A DNA stretch of 63,840 bases, counting the filler, from Octopus bimaculoides (Eukaryota): the NCBI RefSeq assembly GCF_001194135.2. It is 6 parts of 6 records of this genome, joined end to end, with 100 filler letters (N's around TTAATTAATTAA, not from the genome) between each part and the next. Parts side by side here need not be neighbours in the genome. Positions count along the whole stretch, not along the records: positions 1 to 15,009 come from NC_068989.1; positions 15,110 to 47,030 come from NC_068981.1; 4 more parts are not named here. The stretch is one strand, 5' to 3'. Shown here in pieces: positions 12,182 through 25,206 of the stretch (the stretch's first letter is position 1; each line of letters opens with the position of its first letter). The notes under the pieces are model-generated. The model was not told the DNA's origin and did not search any database. It saw only the letters and a list, made by a program, of their open reading frames with translations. The position numbers and the translations under genes were made by a program.

Positions 12182-14689
12182 ACTCTCTGAACATTGTAGT
12201 GTCAATACGAGTCAGGAAAATAAAAGGAGAATTGAAGAATGAACGCAACTTTGAAAACGTGTCGAAGAAGTATAGTATAGACACAAAAAGATCTGAAAGT
12301 TGTAACTCAAGAATTGAAGCAGTGCATACTTGCAAAAAAGGCAAAGCTAAATAGGTTTGGACAAAGGACTAAGCAATACAGGAAACCGATTTTTTAGAAT
12401 CGACTGAAGTAGATTTTATCAAGAAATTAATGATGAAATATAGAGCGTAAAAGATTAGTTCCTGCTGATGATGAAAGTTGACAGTTCTGATGTAAGATAT
12501 GGTGTAAGCAAGAACTACATAATACTGTAGCTGAATAGCTCAGCAGCCTTAAGCAAACAACTTCTTATCTCCAGTAAAAGGCTATCCACTTCATAGAAGA
12601 GAGTATCAGAAATATGAGTAAAGAGATAAACAATTGGAAAGCAGCAGGACCTGATGGTGTACAGGGACTTGGGATAAAATATTTCAGTAGGTGCCATAAA
12701 TTAATCGGAGGGCAATTTAATGCATTCATCGATGGAGAAGAAACCCTGGGTTTCTTGACGAACAGTGTTGTGTCTGAAGAATGCATCAAAAGGAAATACT
12801 GCCGTCAAGTACACGCCAAGTTCTTGCTTCCCATTAATGAGGACTTTACTGTCAGGAGAAATTTCAGAAGCACTGTTCAAATTTCTTGATGAGAACTGTA
12901 TGTAGGAGGCAGATGAAATGCAGAGGTACTAGAAGCCAATTATTGATAGACAAAATGGCAATGCAAGATTGTAAACGGAGAACTAATTTGGGAATGGGCT
13001 GGATGGGCTATCGCATGGCTTATGATATAATTCCACATTCATAGGACATTGAGTGCTTAGATATTTTTGGAATTGTGAGGAATGTAACGTGCTTTCTGAA
13101 GAGAAGTATCGTACGTGGAAAACTGAGTTGACATCGTGCAGAAAACGCTTGGGCAGCTGGGCATCAGAACAGAGATTTTCCAAGGCGTTGCATTTTGTCC
13201 GCAGCATAAGCCCTCCGAACTTGGTACTTAATTAAATGAACGTGGGATATAAGCTAACGGGAAAATATCAAACAATTAACCGCCTCCTTTTCATGAATGA
13301 TTTGAAGCTGTATGACCAGTATGATGTACAAGTCAGTTCTTTGGTGAACACGGTCCATTGTTTTAGTGCCGATATTAGAATGGAATTCGGACTCAAGAAG
13401 CGTGGCATAATGTACCTCAGAAGAGGCAAGATACAGTCCCTAGCAGGGATAGAATTAATTAATAGAGAACTGATTAAACAAAGTCAAAAGGAAGGATACA
13501 AATACATTGGCATGCTTGATTTCAACGAAATCAGGGAGAAGGAAATGAATGAACAACTAAAGATGGAATATTTACGAATACTAAGTTTGGTGTTGCGCTC
13601 AAAATTGTCCGAATGGAATAAACTCGAAGTAGTTATTACATGGGCGATAACATCACTTTGGTACGGAGCTGGAAACATAACCTGGGAAAAGAAAGAACTG
13701 ATGAACATGGATACGAAGACACGAAAAATGACAGTGTACGGAATCTTCCATCCTAAGAGTGACACCGATAGGTTGTACTTGTCCAGAGGAAAGGGTGAGG
13801 GCGGTTAATCAGTTACCAGGATTGTATCGAAGCAGAGGAAAACAACATACATTGGTATGTAAAAAATATCGTGGAACTATTGTTGAAATATGTGAAGAGG
13901 TCCGGTGTCATTAAAACTGATAATTGTGTAAAGAAAAAAATAAAGAGGAAGAGAACACAAAAAACGAAACACCATAGAAGGAGTAAAAAATATACGGTCA
14001 TTTTGCAAGAGATACGAACGCCAAGACGTATACAGAAAACATATCGCTATGGATCAGGCGGAGTGACCTGAAGATACGTACAGAAGTACGTTTATGCGCA
14101 GCACAAGAACAGGCATTAAGGAATAACTACATGAAATGCAGAATTGACAACACTACCGGCAGCGACAAATACAGTGTGTCGTGGTAGGGGTAAAACTGTA
14201 TGGCAAATCGTTAGGGAATGCCCTAAATTGGCACAACGCGAATACAAAAGACGACATGACAATGTAACAAGGATGATCCATTGGGAGCTCTGTGAAAATC
14301 ACGACCAACGAAGAATAAGGACATGGTGAACACAAGAATGGATGAGAAGGCAAAATCCTGTGGGATACAATGATTCAGTGCGAACACCTATCCAGACACA
14401 GAAAACCGGACATTGTTTTGGTGAATAAGAAAGAAAGAACATGCATGATAATCGACATAGCACATCCTGGTGTCAACAGGATCAAAGAGAAAGAAGAAAA
14501 ACTGAACAACTTCGATTATTTGAAGTGGAGAAATAGGAAGGTTGTAGTCAATGAGGAACTTGGAACTACAACAATTCTTCGTGGGGTTCTTCGAGCATGA
14601 CAATAAAACAAGTGTCACATTAGTCTGCTGGCTGTGGACAACTGACACTTTCCATCATACTTAGTAATATAAGCTGTGATTTTTGATAC
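12181..14689 (+). mobile_element. R4/Dong-clade non-LTR retrotransposon (RT, CCHC knuckle, restriction-like endonuclease), decayed
   Basis: NWKAAGPDG, NRLLFMNDLKLY, MEFGLKK, GYKYIG, HPKSDTDRLYLSR, WQIVRECPKLAQREYKRRHDNV, RKPDIVLVNKKERTCMIIDIAHP. Confidence 0.92.
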
Positions 14690-14702
14690 AATAATAATAA
14701 TC

Positions 14703-14751
<49 letters not shown>

Positions 14752-14758
14752 TAATAAC

Positions 14759-14811
<53 letters not shown>

Positions 14812-14815
14812 TAAC

Positions 14816-14860
<45 letters not shown>

Positions 14861-14887
14861 TATAATAATAACAATAATAATAATAAC

Positions 14888-14922
<35 letters not shown>
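14690..14922. repeat. (AAT)n microsatellite
   Basis: Direct reading. Confidence 0.98.
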
Positions 14923-14924
<2 letters not shown>

Positions 14925-15009
14925 TGGTTATGGTTATAAAATATTTGATAAAAATATAAATCATCTCATTTACATGGATGATTTAAAGCTCTTTGCAAAA
15001 AATGACCAA
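14923..15009 (+). mobile_element. Second R4/Dong RT fragment running into a gap
   Basis: YGYGYKIFDKNINHLIYMDDLKLFAKNDQ (intact YMDD motif). Confidence 0.85.
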
Positions 15010-15109
15010 NNNNNNNNNNNNNNNNNNNNNNNNNNNNNNNNNNNNNNNNNNNNTTAATTAATTAANNNNNNNNNNNNNNNNNNNNNNNNNNNNNNNNNNN
15101 NNNNNNNNN
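15010..15109. other. Assembly gap with TTAATTAATTAA placeholder (same pattern near 47076, 49556, 60293, 62405)
   Basis: About 100-nt N runs with an identical central 12-mer. Longer pure-N gaps at 22361, 25207, 45487, 50038, 51908, 53865, 58471, 59525 and 60951. Confidence 0.9.
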
Positions 15110-15150
<41 letters not shown>

Positions 15151-15182
15151 TATATATATGTATGTATATATATGTATATATA

Positions 15183-15219
<37 letters not shown>

Positions 15220-15410
15220 CATCATCATCATCGTTTAACGTCTGTTTTCCATGCTAGCATGGGTTGGATGGTTCGACCAGGGTCTGGGAAACCAGGAGGC
15301 TGCACCAAGCTTCAGTTTGATCTGGCAGAGTTTCTACAGCTGGATGCCCTTTCTAACACCAACCACTCTGAGTGTAGTGGGTGCTTTTAATGTGTCACTG
15401 CCACAGGGGC
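15220..15410 (-). mobile_element. RTE-type LINE 3' UTR with (GAT)n tail
   Basis: CATCATCATCGTTTAACGTC..CCATGCTAGCATGGGTTGG..CTGGATGCCCTT; the same 3' end is joined to RTE coding sequence at 43650-44415. Confidence 0.8.
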
Positions 15411-15458
15411 CAGGAGAGGCTGGCAATGGCCAAAATAAGACTGGAACCTGGTACGACT

Positions 15459-15653
15459 ATCTGGTTTATCAGTTCCAGTAAAACCGTCCAACCCTTGCCT
15501 GCAAGGAAAACAGATGCTAGATGCTGATGGTGGTACTGAAAGAAGCCTGTCATATATCTGTATATAAATACACACATACTGTCACACAATGTCATGACAT
15601 GTGTGACAGTTGTAAATAAGTGTTTTCATTAGACAAACAGTGCCATTCATTTC
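15459..15653 (+). repeat. 195-bp direct repeat, copy 1 (copy 2 at 17708-17902)
   Basis: Near-identical chimeric segment (RTE 3' end + SINE A end + other sequence) repeated at offset 2249. Confidence 0.9.
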
Positions 15654-15864
15654 AGATCTACCTTGAAAAACATGTTTTGGCCATGGAAAAATAGTACCTT
15701 GCTTGGAAACAGGTAAGGGTTGGCAACAAGAAGTGCATCCAACCATTGAAAATCTGAATCTGTATGTTGTCAGACCCTTGCTAGCATGAGAAAGTGAACA
15801 TTAAAATGATGACGACAACGATGACGACGATGACGATGATGATAAGGAGGAGGAGGAGGGGGAG

Positions 15865-17150
15865 TGTAGCCTCTACATCCTTTTATTCAAAGTTGCCATC
15901 AGATTTTGGGTGGTGTATTCAGAATACATTCATTATTTTCTTGTTTTCCTGTTTAGCCTTGCTAATTCATTTCGAGTCTTCTTGGAGAACAATACAACTC
16001 TAACTTATTCTGGCACTATCAATGCCTATTTCTTTGTTTTTGCATTTAGCTCTGTTTTAAGTATTTATCTAATGTCCTTGTAATATTCTTTCTTAACATT
16101 TTCTTTCATTTGTGTGTGTTATACTCTGTCTAGTTCATTAAGTCATAACTATTTGTAAGCTTGTATTTGGGTTAATTCTCTTATCTCTATTTTATCTAAC
16201 ATAACATTAGTGTTTTTAATTAATTTTCTTTTCTTTGAGGTTGCCTTGGGACATAATTTTTAATCTGAATTTCATATTAATTCCACTGGCAAATCTATGT
16301 ACCGTCTGTAACAGTGTTGCTAATTGTTTAGCAGCAGCAACATACAACCTGCGGATATCCATAGATACAAGATAATTGATTCTCCTTCCATAGTATTTGT
16401 ATCTGAGTCCAGTCTGGTTCCACATATTGACTAAAGAAAGGTTTTAACACTGAGCAGAAAAGGAATGGAGAGAAGGAGGAATGTTGGAATATTCCCCTTC
16501 TAATAGAGATGGGACTTGTTTTTCTAATTTCCTCTTTAGAATGCATCAACAGAATTAATTGCCATTTATCAATGAAATGTTTGATGTACCTGCTTAAGGT
16601 GCTACGTTATTTATGGCTAATGTTTACAGAATTCACATCTAGGGAACATTGACAACAGCTTTCTGGTAGTCAATTCTTTCTATTATTTATTTTTTCGTTT
16701 TCCTTCTCCTACCGTTTTTGATTTGTTGATCAGAAATTGATCTTTACAACCACGAGTCTTTGCAGTGTCCATTTTGTTCTTTTGGAAATACATGTTTTTC
16801 TACTTAATCTTTCAGTCAGAAGATAAGGCAGAGCCAGTGACATAGTTAATAGTGGAGCAAGGGGAATGGCTACTCACCCCTATCAAACACATCTTTCAGA
16901 TTGGTGCCTTTCTAACAATATTTATTTAAAACTCTTTAATTCCCTTGTGCGATAAAAGTTGAATCTCTTTGATTTTTTTTTGCCAATCACATGGCATTGG
17001 AAGAACTTTCTAGAGGCATTACTTTATTTGACCAACTTGCCATATTTTTGAACTGCCTGCTCAATTTCTTGTGATGTGCTTATGACCATTGACATCTGAA
17101 GAACCTAAACAAACCCTGACATCATAACTTTTCAACACTAGACGATCCCA
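15865..17150 (-). mobile_element. R4/Dong-type RT fragment
   Basis: TRGCKDQFLIN, IDYQKA, ISIRRGIFQ..FSPFLF, INYLVSMDIRRLY, NRKTRKIM, HHPKSD. Confidence 0.85.
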
Positions 17151-17215
17151 TGGACTTTCATCTTTTTTCACAACACACTTATATTAGTAGTTCTAAGTTT
17201 ATATATATATATATA

Positions 17216-17380
17216 CGACGGGCTTCTTTCAGTTTTCGTCTACTAAATCCACTCACAAGGCTTTGGTCGGCTCGAGGCTATAGTAGAAGACACTTGCCCA
17301 AGGTGCCACGCAGTGGGAATGAACCCAGAACCATGTGGTTGGTAAGCAAGCTACTTACCACACAGACACTCCTGTGCCTA
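17216..17380 (-). mobile_element. tRNA-derived CORE-like SINE family A (head module)
   Basis: Reverse complement of GGCGCAGGAGTGGCTGTGTGGTAAG..GGGTTCA(G/T)TCCCACTGCGTGGCACCTTGGGCAAGTGTCTTC; the ACCTTGGGCAAGT block resembles the CORE domain. Confidence 0.85.
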
Positions 17381-17454
17381 TGCACCTCTCAATCATTTGC
17401 TAAATATACATGCCGGCTCTTTATGTGTATGTATTTAATGTTTCAACCAAAAGT

Positions 17455-17600
17455 AGGGTGGTGAGCTGGCAGAACTGTTAGCACACCGTGCAAAATGCTC
17501 AGTGGCATTTCATCAGTCCGTATCTTCTGAGTTCAAATTCCACAGAGGTTGACTTTGCCTTTCATCCTTTTGGGGTCAGTAAGATAAGTACCAGTGACAC
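17455..17600 (+). mobile_element. tRNA-like SINE family C
   Basis: GGTGAGCTGGCAGAA..GAGTTCAAATTCC..GACTTTGCCTTTCATCCTTT.GGGGTC; another copy at about 17970-18125. Confidence 0.8.
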
Positions 17601-17707
17601 GGAACCAACGACACCCTTGGAGTAGTTGACATTAGGAATGGCTTCCCACCATAGAAACTAAGCCTAAATAATACTGGAACCTGGTACTGAACCTAAATAA
17701 TACTGGA

Positions 17708-17902
17708 ATCTGGTTTATCAGTTCCAGTTAAACCGTCGAACCCTTGCCTGCAAGGAAAACAGATGCTAGATGCTGATGGTGGTACTGAAAGAAGCCTGTC
17801 ATATATTTGTATATAAATACATACATACTGTCACACAATGTCTTGACATGTGTGATAGTTGTAAATAAGTGTTTTCATTAGACAAACAGTGACATTCATT
17901 TC
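17708..17902 (+). repeat. 195-bp direct repeat, copy 2
   Basis: See 15459-15653. Confidence 0.9.
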
Positions 17903-18126
17903 CACTGGGGTTTGTATAATCAACTTACACCCACCCTCAAAGTTGCTGGCCTTGCGCCAAGATTTGGAAAAGTGGCAAGCTGGAGGAATCATTAGCACAC
18001 CAGATAAAATGCTTTGCGGCATTTCATCTGTCCTTATGTTATGAGTTCAAATTCCACCGAGGTTGATTTTGCCTTTCATCCTTTTGGGGATGATAAAATA
18101 AGTACCATTTGAGCCCTGGGGTTGAT

Positions 18127-18660
18127 CATCATCATCATCATCGCTTAACGTCCACTTTCCATGCTAGCATGGGTTGGACGATTTGATTGAGGACTCGTGA
18201 ACCAGATGGCTACACCAGGCTCCAATCTGATTTGGCAGAGTTTCTACAGCTGGATGCCCTTCCTAACGCCAACCACTCCGAGAGTGTAGTGGGTGCTTTT
18301 ACGTGCCACCATCACGAAGGCCAGTCAAACGGTACTGGCAACGGCCACACTCAAAATGGTGTTTTTTATGTGCCACCTGCACAAGAGCCAGTCCAGCAGC
18401 ACTGGCAACAATCTCGCTCGAATGACTTTTCACATGCCACTGGTACAAGTGCCAGGAAGGCGACGCTGGTAACGATCACGCTTGAACGGTGCTCTTAACG
18501 CTCCACTGGTACAGGTGCCATCATGATTTCGCTTTCGCTTGCCCCAACAGTTTAGTGTCCAATAAAGGAGGCGTTGGCATGGGGGCCAGTCGTCGAATTT
18601 AGTTCAATTTCGATTTCACTTGCCTCAACAGGTCTTCGCGATTTCGATTTCACTTGCCGT
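18127..18660 (-). mobile_element. RTE LINE 3' UTR with internal tandem array
   Basis: (CAT)n tail and conserved 3' block followed by related repeat units. Confidence 0.8.
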
Positions 18661-19087
18661 AATCAATTTATCCCCTTCGCTGAAATTGCTGGCCTTGTGC
18701 CAAAATTTGAAATCGATATTTCAACCAAAAGTTTGGAACTTTAATACTTCCTGGTTATTACCTTTATTATTGGGGGTAGTTCTAAAGTTGGTGCTTCAGA
18801 ATAGAAGTTTTACCCCCTCATGGGGATAGAAAAAGGTTGCTTTGCTTTTCCTTTATCTTTTAGTATTCTCGCATTTCATATATTCGTAATTACAATTCTT
18901 TATATAACTTTCCATAGAATGCATAATATCTCTTACACTCATCATTCATTTTGGTAAATATGATATTTTTTTAGATTCCACATTAACTTTTATTTCGTTT
19001 CATTCCTTATTGGAAGTTTCATATTTTTGGTATCTCTTCTAGCCCATGTGACTAGTAAATGAAATATCACTACTATTATTATTACTA

Positions 19088-19130
<43 letters not shown>

Positions 19131-19620
19131 CTTTATCATCATCATCATCATTATCATTACTGTCGTCATTGTTGTCATCATTTTTGTTGTTGTTGTTGTT
19201 GGAGTTATTGTTGCTGTTATTGTCAATTTTAGAAATTTCCATTTAGGTTTATATACTAGTTTTTAATGATTTATATATAATATAGAGATTTGGAGATTTA
19301 CACAGTGCTGGAGATATTGTTATTACATCTAGATACCCATTGTTGTGTTAACCTATCAGCTGTGAAGTAGTCGTAGAACTATTGTCAACCAAGGTAGACT
19401 AAAGCAAACATAATTATGTACCTTGAACAGGAGTACAATACAACCGTCATCATACATTTTAAATAAACAGTCATCTATTGGGTGTTCAGAATATAAACAT
19501 TTGACATTCTAAAGCAATGAATTCTTTCATTAGTTTAACTTAACCAAGGCATGGTATGACTGGATGGTTAGGAATTTCGATTTGCAGTCATAGAGTTCTG
19601 GGTTCTATTCCTCTGTGTGA

Positions 19621-20150
19621 TATGTGGTGGTATCAGAAAGTTCCCGGATTAGTTTTGTAGCACACCAACAGATGGCAGCACATGCTTGTGTGCACAGTGA
19701 GAGCTAGCAGTGACCTTCATGAGGCAGTGTGCCGAGTGGCGTTGCTGTGTTTACTTGGCAAGTTGTGAAATGTGTGTTTTTGTGATCACGTGTATGCTGT
19801 CACCTGTGATTTTGTCATGAACACCGGATAAAACGTCGCATTGAAGTCTGTCAAGATCTCTGTCAGCATACCACTGATGACCCATCCGTCATGTCGAGGA
19901 ACATCACTGGTGATGAAAGTTAGGTCTACAGGTACGACCCTGAGACAAAGCAATAATTATCATAATGAAAGAGGCCTTCATCTCTACAACCAAAGAAGGC
20001 ATGATAGAGCCACAACTTAGTCAAGAGTATGCGCATCATTCTTTTCAACATCTGCAGTATTGTGCATTGAGAATTCCTCTCCCCAGGGCCTGACTGTCAA
20101 TATAGACTTCTACACCAATGTTTTGCAGCATTTGTGGGAGGACATATACC
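19621..20150 (+). mobile_element. Mariner relic (left TIR plus internally deleted catalytic segment)
   Basis: TA-TGTGGTGGTATCAGAAAGTTCCCGGA TIR-like end; ITGDES*VYRYDPETKQ; QGLTVNIDFYTNVL. Confidence 0.88.
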
Positions 20151-20386
20151 CAACCGTAATGAAAAAGAAAGAAGATATTGGATTATTTAGACCTAGGTAT
20201 ACAGTAACCGAGAAAAGAATAAGATGGTGAAGGTTTGAACAACTGGAAGATATGTTTGCATGGTGACGGCCGAATAGGAGCTGAACAATAGTAACAAAAA
20301 TATATCTGGCAGGAAATGGTTCTGATTTAAAGGAATATAATAAATCTTACATTTAGTCTTCAGTGAAAAGATGTATATTCCATCTC

Positions 20387-20470
20387 GAAAAGTTACGGGG
20401 ATGTAAACACACCAGCATCGATTGTCAAGCAATGTTGGGGGGACAAACACAGACATACAAACATATATAT

Positions 20471-20520
<50 letters not shown>

Positions 20521-20683
20521 GACGGGCTTCTTTCAGTTTTCGTTGACCAAATCCACTCACAAGGCTTTGGACGGCCCGAGGCTATAGTAGAAGACACTTA
20601 TGCAAGGTGCCACGCAGTGGGAATGAACCCAGAACCATGTGGTTGGTAAGCAAGCTACTTACCACACGGCCACTCCTATGCCT
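20387..20683 (-). mobile_element. SINE family A with internal (TA)n/(TG)n
   Basis: Head module 20520-20683 plus tail module separated by a microsatellite. Confidence 0.85.
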
Positions 20684-21182
20684 GGATTTTCAATATCTGG
20701 ATTTGCAAAAAGTATTTTGCCAGGCGGATTAGACTCCATCCTCTGAATAGTATGTCAGTACATCACATGATTAACAAACAGATGCTAAATGGATTAATTT
20801 TCAGGGCATGTACAGGAGCAATGAGCTGTCTGGTTCAAGGACAACATAATGTCCAGTTCAAAAATCGAAACTATGAACCTGTGATCCGGAGTTGAATACT
20901 CTAACTTCTAAGCTATGCACCTTTCACTGTTTTCCCTTTCATCAACATTAGTATCTGAGCATTATTGTCTGAAGTCTAAGGACTCATAGAGTTGGTTACC
21001 TGGTACATATAAGGTACAACTGACTGAGATCACAACATTTCCCCCCAGATCCGAAGGCTGATCCATTGCAAATTTACTTTTTTTTTAACAGCTGAGTGAA
21101 CTGAAGCTGGGTGAAATGAAATCTTTTGCTCAAGAACTCAATCCACTGCCTGGTCCACCACCACCACCACCACCACCATCAC

Positions 21183-21235
<53 letters not shown>

Positions 21236-21269
21236 GCACGACCACCACGACCACCACGACCACCATAAT

Positions 21270-21500
21270 CATCATCATCATCATCACTTAACGTCTGTTT
21301 TCCATGTTGGCATGGGTGGCCAGTTTGACAGGAGCTGGCCAGCCGGGGAGCTGTCCAAATTGTAACAGTCTGTTGTGGCATGGTTTCTTCAGCTAGATGC
21401 CCTTTCTAATGTCAACCACTTTACAGAGTGTGGTGGGTGCTTTTTATGTGCCATCGGCACAGGTGTATTTATGCAGCACCGGCACGAATGCATTTTATTT
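21270..21500 (-). mobile_element. RTE LINE 3' UTR with expanded compound (CAT/CAC/CAG)n tail
   Basis: Conserved 3' block; triplet tail extends back to about 21155. Confidence 0.75.
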
Positions 21501-22288
21501 TGCATCAGCACCTGTAATGAGCAAGCCTGTATGTATGGATGACAGCGATTTTTTTTCCAGGAATTGAAACCATGTTCTTGCAATCATGAGCACAACGCCC
21601 TTACTACTAGGCTATATACCTTTAGTTCTAACCCTTTGAAGTTAGTACAATCAATACCAGTGTTATATTAGACCCATTGACAATTCCTCCGACTATAACA
21701 CTTACCTTTAAATTCATGACTTTGTGTCCATGTCAGAAATCTTTATTACAAGGTTAAATTTACAACAAAAACTTCTCAGAAAATGATATTCTCATGTTTT
21801 GGTCTATTGGAATTTCAGAAAATAACAGCCACTAACTTTTCAGATCTGTATATTAAAAAAATGAGTTGTGTAGGCTGCTGACATCACAGCTTAATCTCCA
21901 TGACAACTACAGGTCTGACTTATTCTAAAAAGCAATAGAGTAATGGATGACATTATCTTTTAAACATATTAATTCTGTATATATAGTCTTTAAATTTTTA
22001 TTCTAATATAATTTATTTTGTAAAAGTGAAAAGTCTCTAAAAGAATGATAATTTTCAATAATATCTCCATAACTACCATATCATCTTTAGAATAAAGCAA
22101 GTAGGCAACGATAAGTCCATCATCATAAAAAGGGTGATAATTTTGATTGTATTAAATACTTCTCTTCATTCTAACATTACATACAATATTTTTATGGTAG
22201 TTGACTAAAAGTATCATTAATAATAATGAAGTCAACCCACCTAAATATCTTAAATCTCTCTCTCTCACTCTCTCTTGCACTTCTAGTG

Positions 22289-22360
<72 letters not shown>

Positions 22361-22882
22361 NNNNNNNNNNNNNNNNNNNNNNNNNNNNNNNNNNNNNNNN
22401 NNNNNNNNNNNNNNNNNNNNNNNNNNNNNNNNNNNNNNNNNNNNNNNNNNNNNNNNNNNNNNNNNNNNNNNNNNNNNNNNNNNNNNNNNNNNNNNNNNNN
22501 NNNNNNNNNNNNNNNNNNNNNNNNNNNNNNNNNNNNNNNNNNNNNNNNNNNNNNNNNNNNNNNNNNNNNNNNNNNNNNNNNNNNNNNNNNNNNNNNNNNN
22601 NNNNNNNNNNNNNNNNNNNNNNNNNNNNNNNNNNNNNNNNNNNNNNNNNNNNNNNNNNNNNNNNNNNNNNNNNNNNNNNNNNNNNNNNNNNNNNNNNNNN
22701 NNNNNNNNNNNNNNNNNNNNNNNNNNNNNNNNNNNNNNNNNNNNNNNNNNNNNNNNNNNNNNNNNNNNNNNNNNNNNNNNNNNNNNNNNNNNNNNNNNNN
22801 NNNNNNNNNNNNNNNNNNNNNNNNNNNNNNNNNNNNNNNNNNNNNNNNNNNNNNNNNNNNNNNNNNNNNNNNNNNNTATATA

Positions 22883-22918
<36 letters not shown>

Positions 22919-23049
22919 TGTATATGTGTGTGTGTGTGTGTATATATATATAGGTACCATGTATCTCAGTCTTTGTCGTCTTATGTGAAAAGTTCAGCAG
23001 CTTGTGATTGTTCTTCAGTATTTTGTCCCATGCTTTCTGGTGTCTCCCT

Positions 23050-24125
23050 CTTCCATTCGTTCTATCTAATCTGAGAGATCAGCACTTCTTTATGGTGCTG
23101 TTGGCATCCATCCACATCACATGACTAAACCTGTGCTGACTTCCCTCTTACTTCTCTTTTGTACACAGCATCTAATTCCTTTTATGCCTAACTTCTCTCT
23201 TTCAATACACTAGCACTCTATCGAACATGTACACTTACACTCCCCATCCTGTGGAGCATACTAGGCTCATTTTTTTTCTAGCTTTTGCATGTCTTCTGCA
23301 ATTAGTCTCCATGTCTCACTACCATGTAGAATTTCTGTCTGTACATATGCATCATACAATCTTACTTTCACTTGGAGGGAGAAACATTTTGTAGCCAACA
23401 GAGGTAACAGCTCTGAATTTTCTCTATCCTAATCTTATTCTAGCTATCATACTCTCCATGTATCCTCCCCTACTACTAATTTGGTCCCCTCGGTAGCAGA
23501 AATTATCCACTACCTCTAATGAGTCACCAAGGCATTGGAGAGAATCAATTTCCTAAGTCCCTAAAGTTTTTATGGATCCTGTGCATCTTTTACATATGAA
23601 AACTATCTTCTCTGATAACATTCCTGTTAATCCACTGCACCTCTTGTGTGTCCTTAGCTTACACTGGATACACCATATGGAAATCCTGTCTACACCTTTC
23701 CTACAAATGGAATAGGGCCAGCTTCTTGAAGTGGGTAGGGTCCTGTCTGTTTTCTTGCTTACTAGAACCTTAGTCTTTGCTAAGTTAACTTTAAGGCCCT
23801 TAAATACCTGGTTTTGCTTCCACACCTGGAATTTCTCTTCTAGCTCTGATATGAAATCTGCTATGAGGGCAAGCCATCAGCATATAGTAGTTCCCAGGGG
23901 CTACTAGTCTTGAATTCCTCTGTTATGACCCCAAGGACAATGATGATAAAGAGGAGACTGAGGACTGAGCCTTGATGAACATCTACCTACACACCAAATT
24001 CTTCATGTTATTCATGGTTAATTCTTACCTTACTAGAAGCATCTCTGGACATGGCCTGTACTGCTTTCACCAACTACTTGTCCAACTCTAACCACCATAG
24101 AGTCCTCCATATTACACAACGGGGT
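23050..24125 (-). mobile_element. RTE-clade LINE ORF fragment (RT C-terminal half + Cys-rich insert)
   Basis: KGLKVNLAKTKVLVS, CRKGVDRISIWCIQCKLRTHKRCSG..CKRC, downstream REKLGI-like segment. Confidence 0.85.
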
Positions 24126-24497
24126 ACTCTATCAAAGACTTTCTCTAGATAAACAAATGCCAAGCATAATGGTTTATATGTGTGTGTATGTATGTACATA
24201 TGTATATATCTATATGTATTATATATACATATATATTTACATATATATACATAATATATCTATATATATTATATATATATATATATATACACACGTACAC
24301 ACTCACATGAATATAGAGATACTTACATACATACGCACAAACACATGAATATACAAATACATACATACACACACACACATGAATGTACACATACATACAT
24401 ACATACACACGCACACATGAAAATACACATACATACATACATACATACATACAAACACATACAAACATACATACATTCATACATACATACATATAGA

Positions 24498-24696
24498 TAT
24501 TTGAAAAAAATGAATAGAAATGGCTTTTTCTGATAATTTCTCAACTTTAATAATTAGATGTTTATAAGTTTACAAAAGGTGTGCATGCTGAGGGCAAGGT
24601 AAACTTATAAACATCGTTTGTAAATTTATAAGCATCTAATTATTAAAGTTGAAAAATTATCAGGAAAGCCATTTCTATTCACTTTTTTTTCAAATA
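24498..24696. repeat. Foldback inverted repeat (about 80-bp arms, 40-bp spacer), MITE-like
   Basis: Arms 24498-24576 and 24617-24696 are reverse complements with about 5 mismatches and a small indel. Confidence 0.9.
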
Positions 24697-24999
24697 CATA
24701 TTACTGTACCAAGGACTTTCTATTTCTTTTTCTACTAAACATACATACATACATACACACATACATAGATACATGCCTACATACATACATACATACATAC
24801 ATACATACATACATTCATACATACATACATTCATACATACATACATTCATACATACAAAATATGGGGGTTTAGTTCACAGGTGATCTAAACAACCAGGTA
24901 TGCTGGGTAAGTGCTGTAACAGATTACCAGGGCTCCAAGGTCATAGCTGAGATGGGAGTTATGGAACCATTGTAGATTTCCGATATAGCGGATATATGA

Positions 25000-25149
25000 T
25001 TGTTAAAGAGGACAACAATCGTTAAGGTAGGACATACATATCAAGTCATGTACGCTGTTATTATTGGTTATTACTATTGGAAAAATAATAACAATGGATA
25101 TGACTTGAGAGGTTTGTCTTGCTTTAACGATTGTTGTCCTCTTTAACAA
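25000..25149. mobile_element. 150-bp hairpin MITE
   Basis: Perfect 26-bp terminal inverted repeat TTGTTAAAGAGGACAACAATCGTTAA (25000-25025 / 25124-25149); imperfect pairing continues inward. Confidence 0.85.
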
Positions 25150-25150
25150 C

Positions 25151-25206
<56 letters not shown>

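Noticed and set aside
15055-15066. TTAATTAATTAA motif recurring five times
   Set aside because: Always centred in ~100-nt N runs, so it is a scaffolding placeholder and not biology.
21126-21381. Poly-His/Gln and poly-Asp/Gly/Ala ORFs
   Set aside because: Compound triplet microsatellite forming the expanded tail of an RTE 3' end.
22201-23074. Long ORFs containing X runs (also near 25.1, 45.2, 49.8, 53.7, 58.2, 59.5 and 60.8 kb)
   Set aside because: Open only because they cross N gaps and microsatellites.
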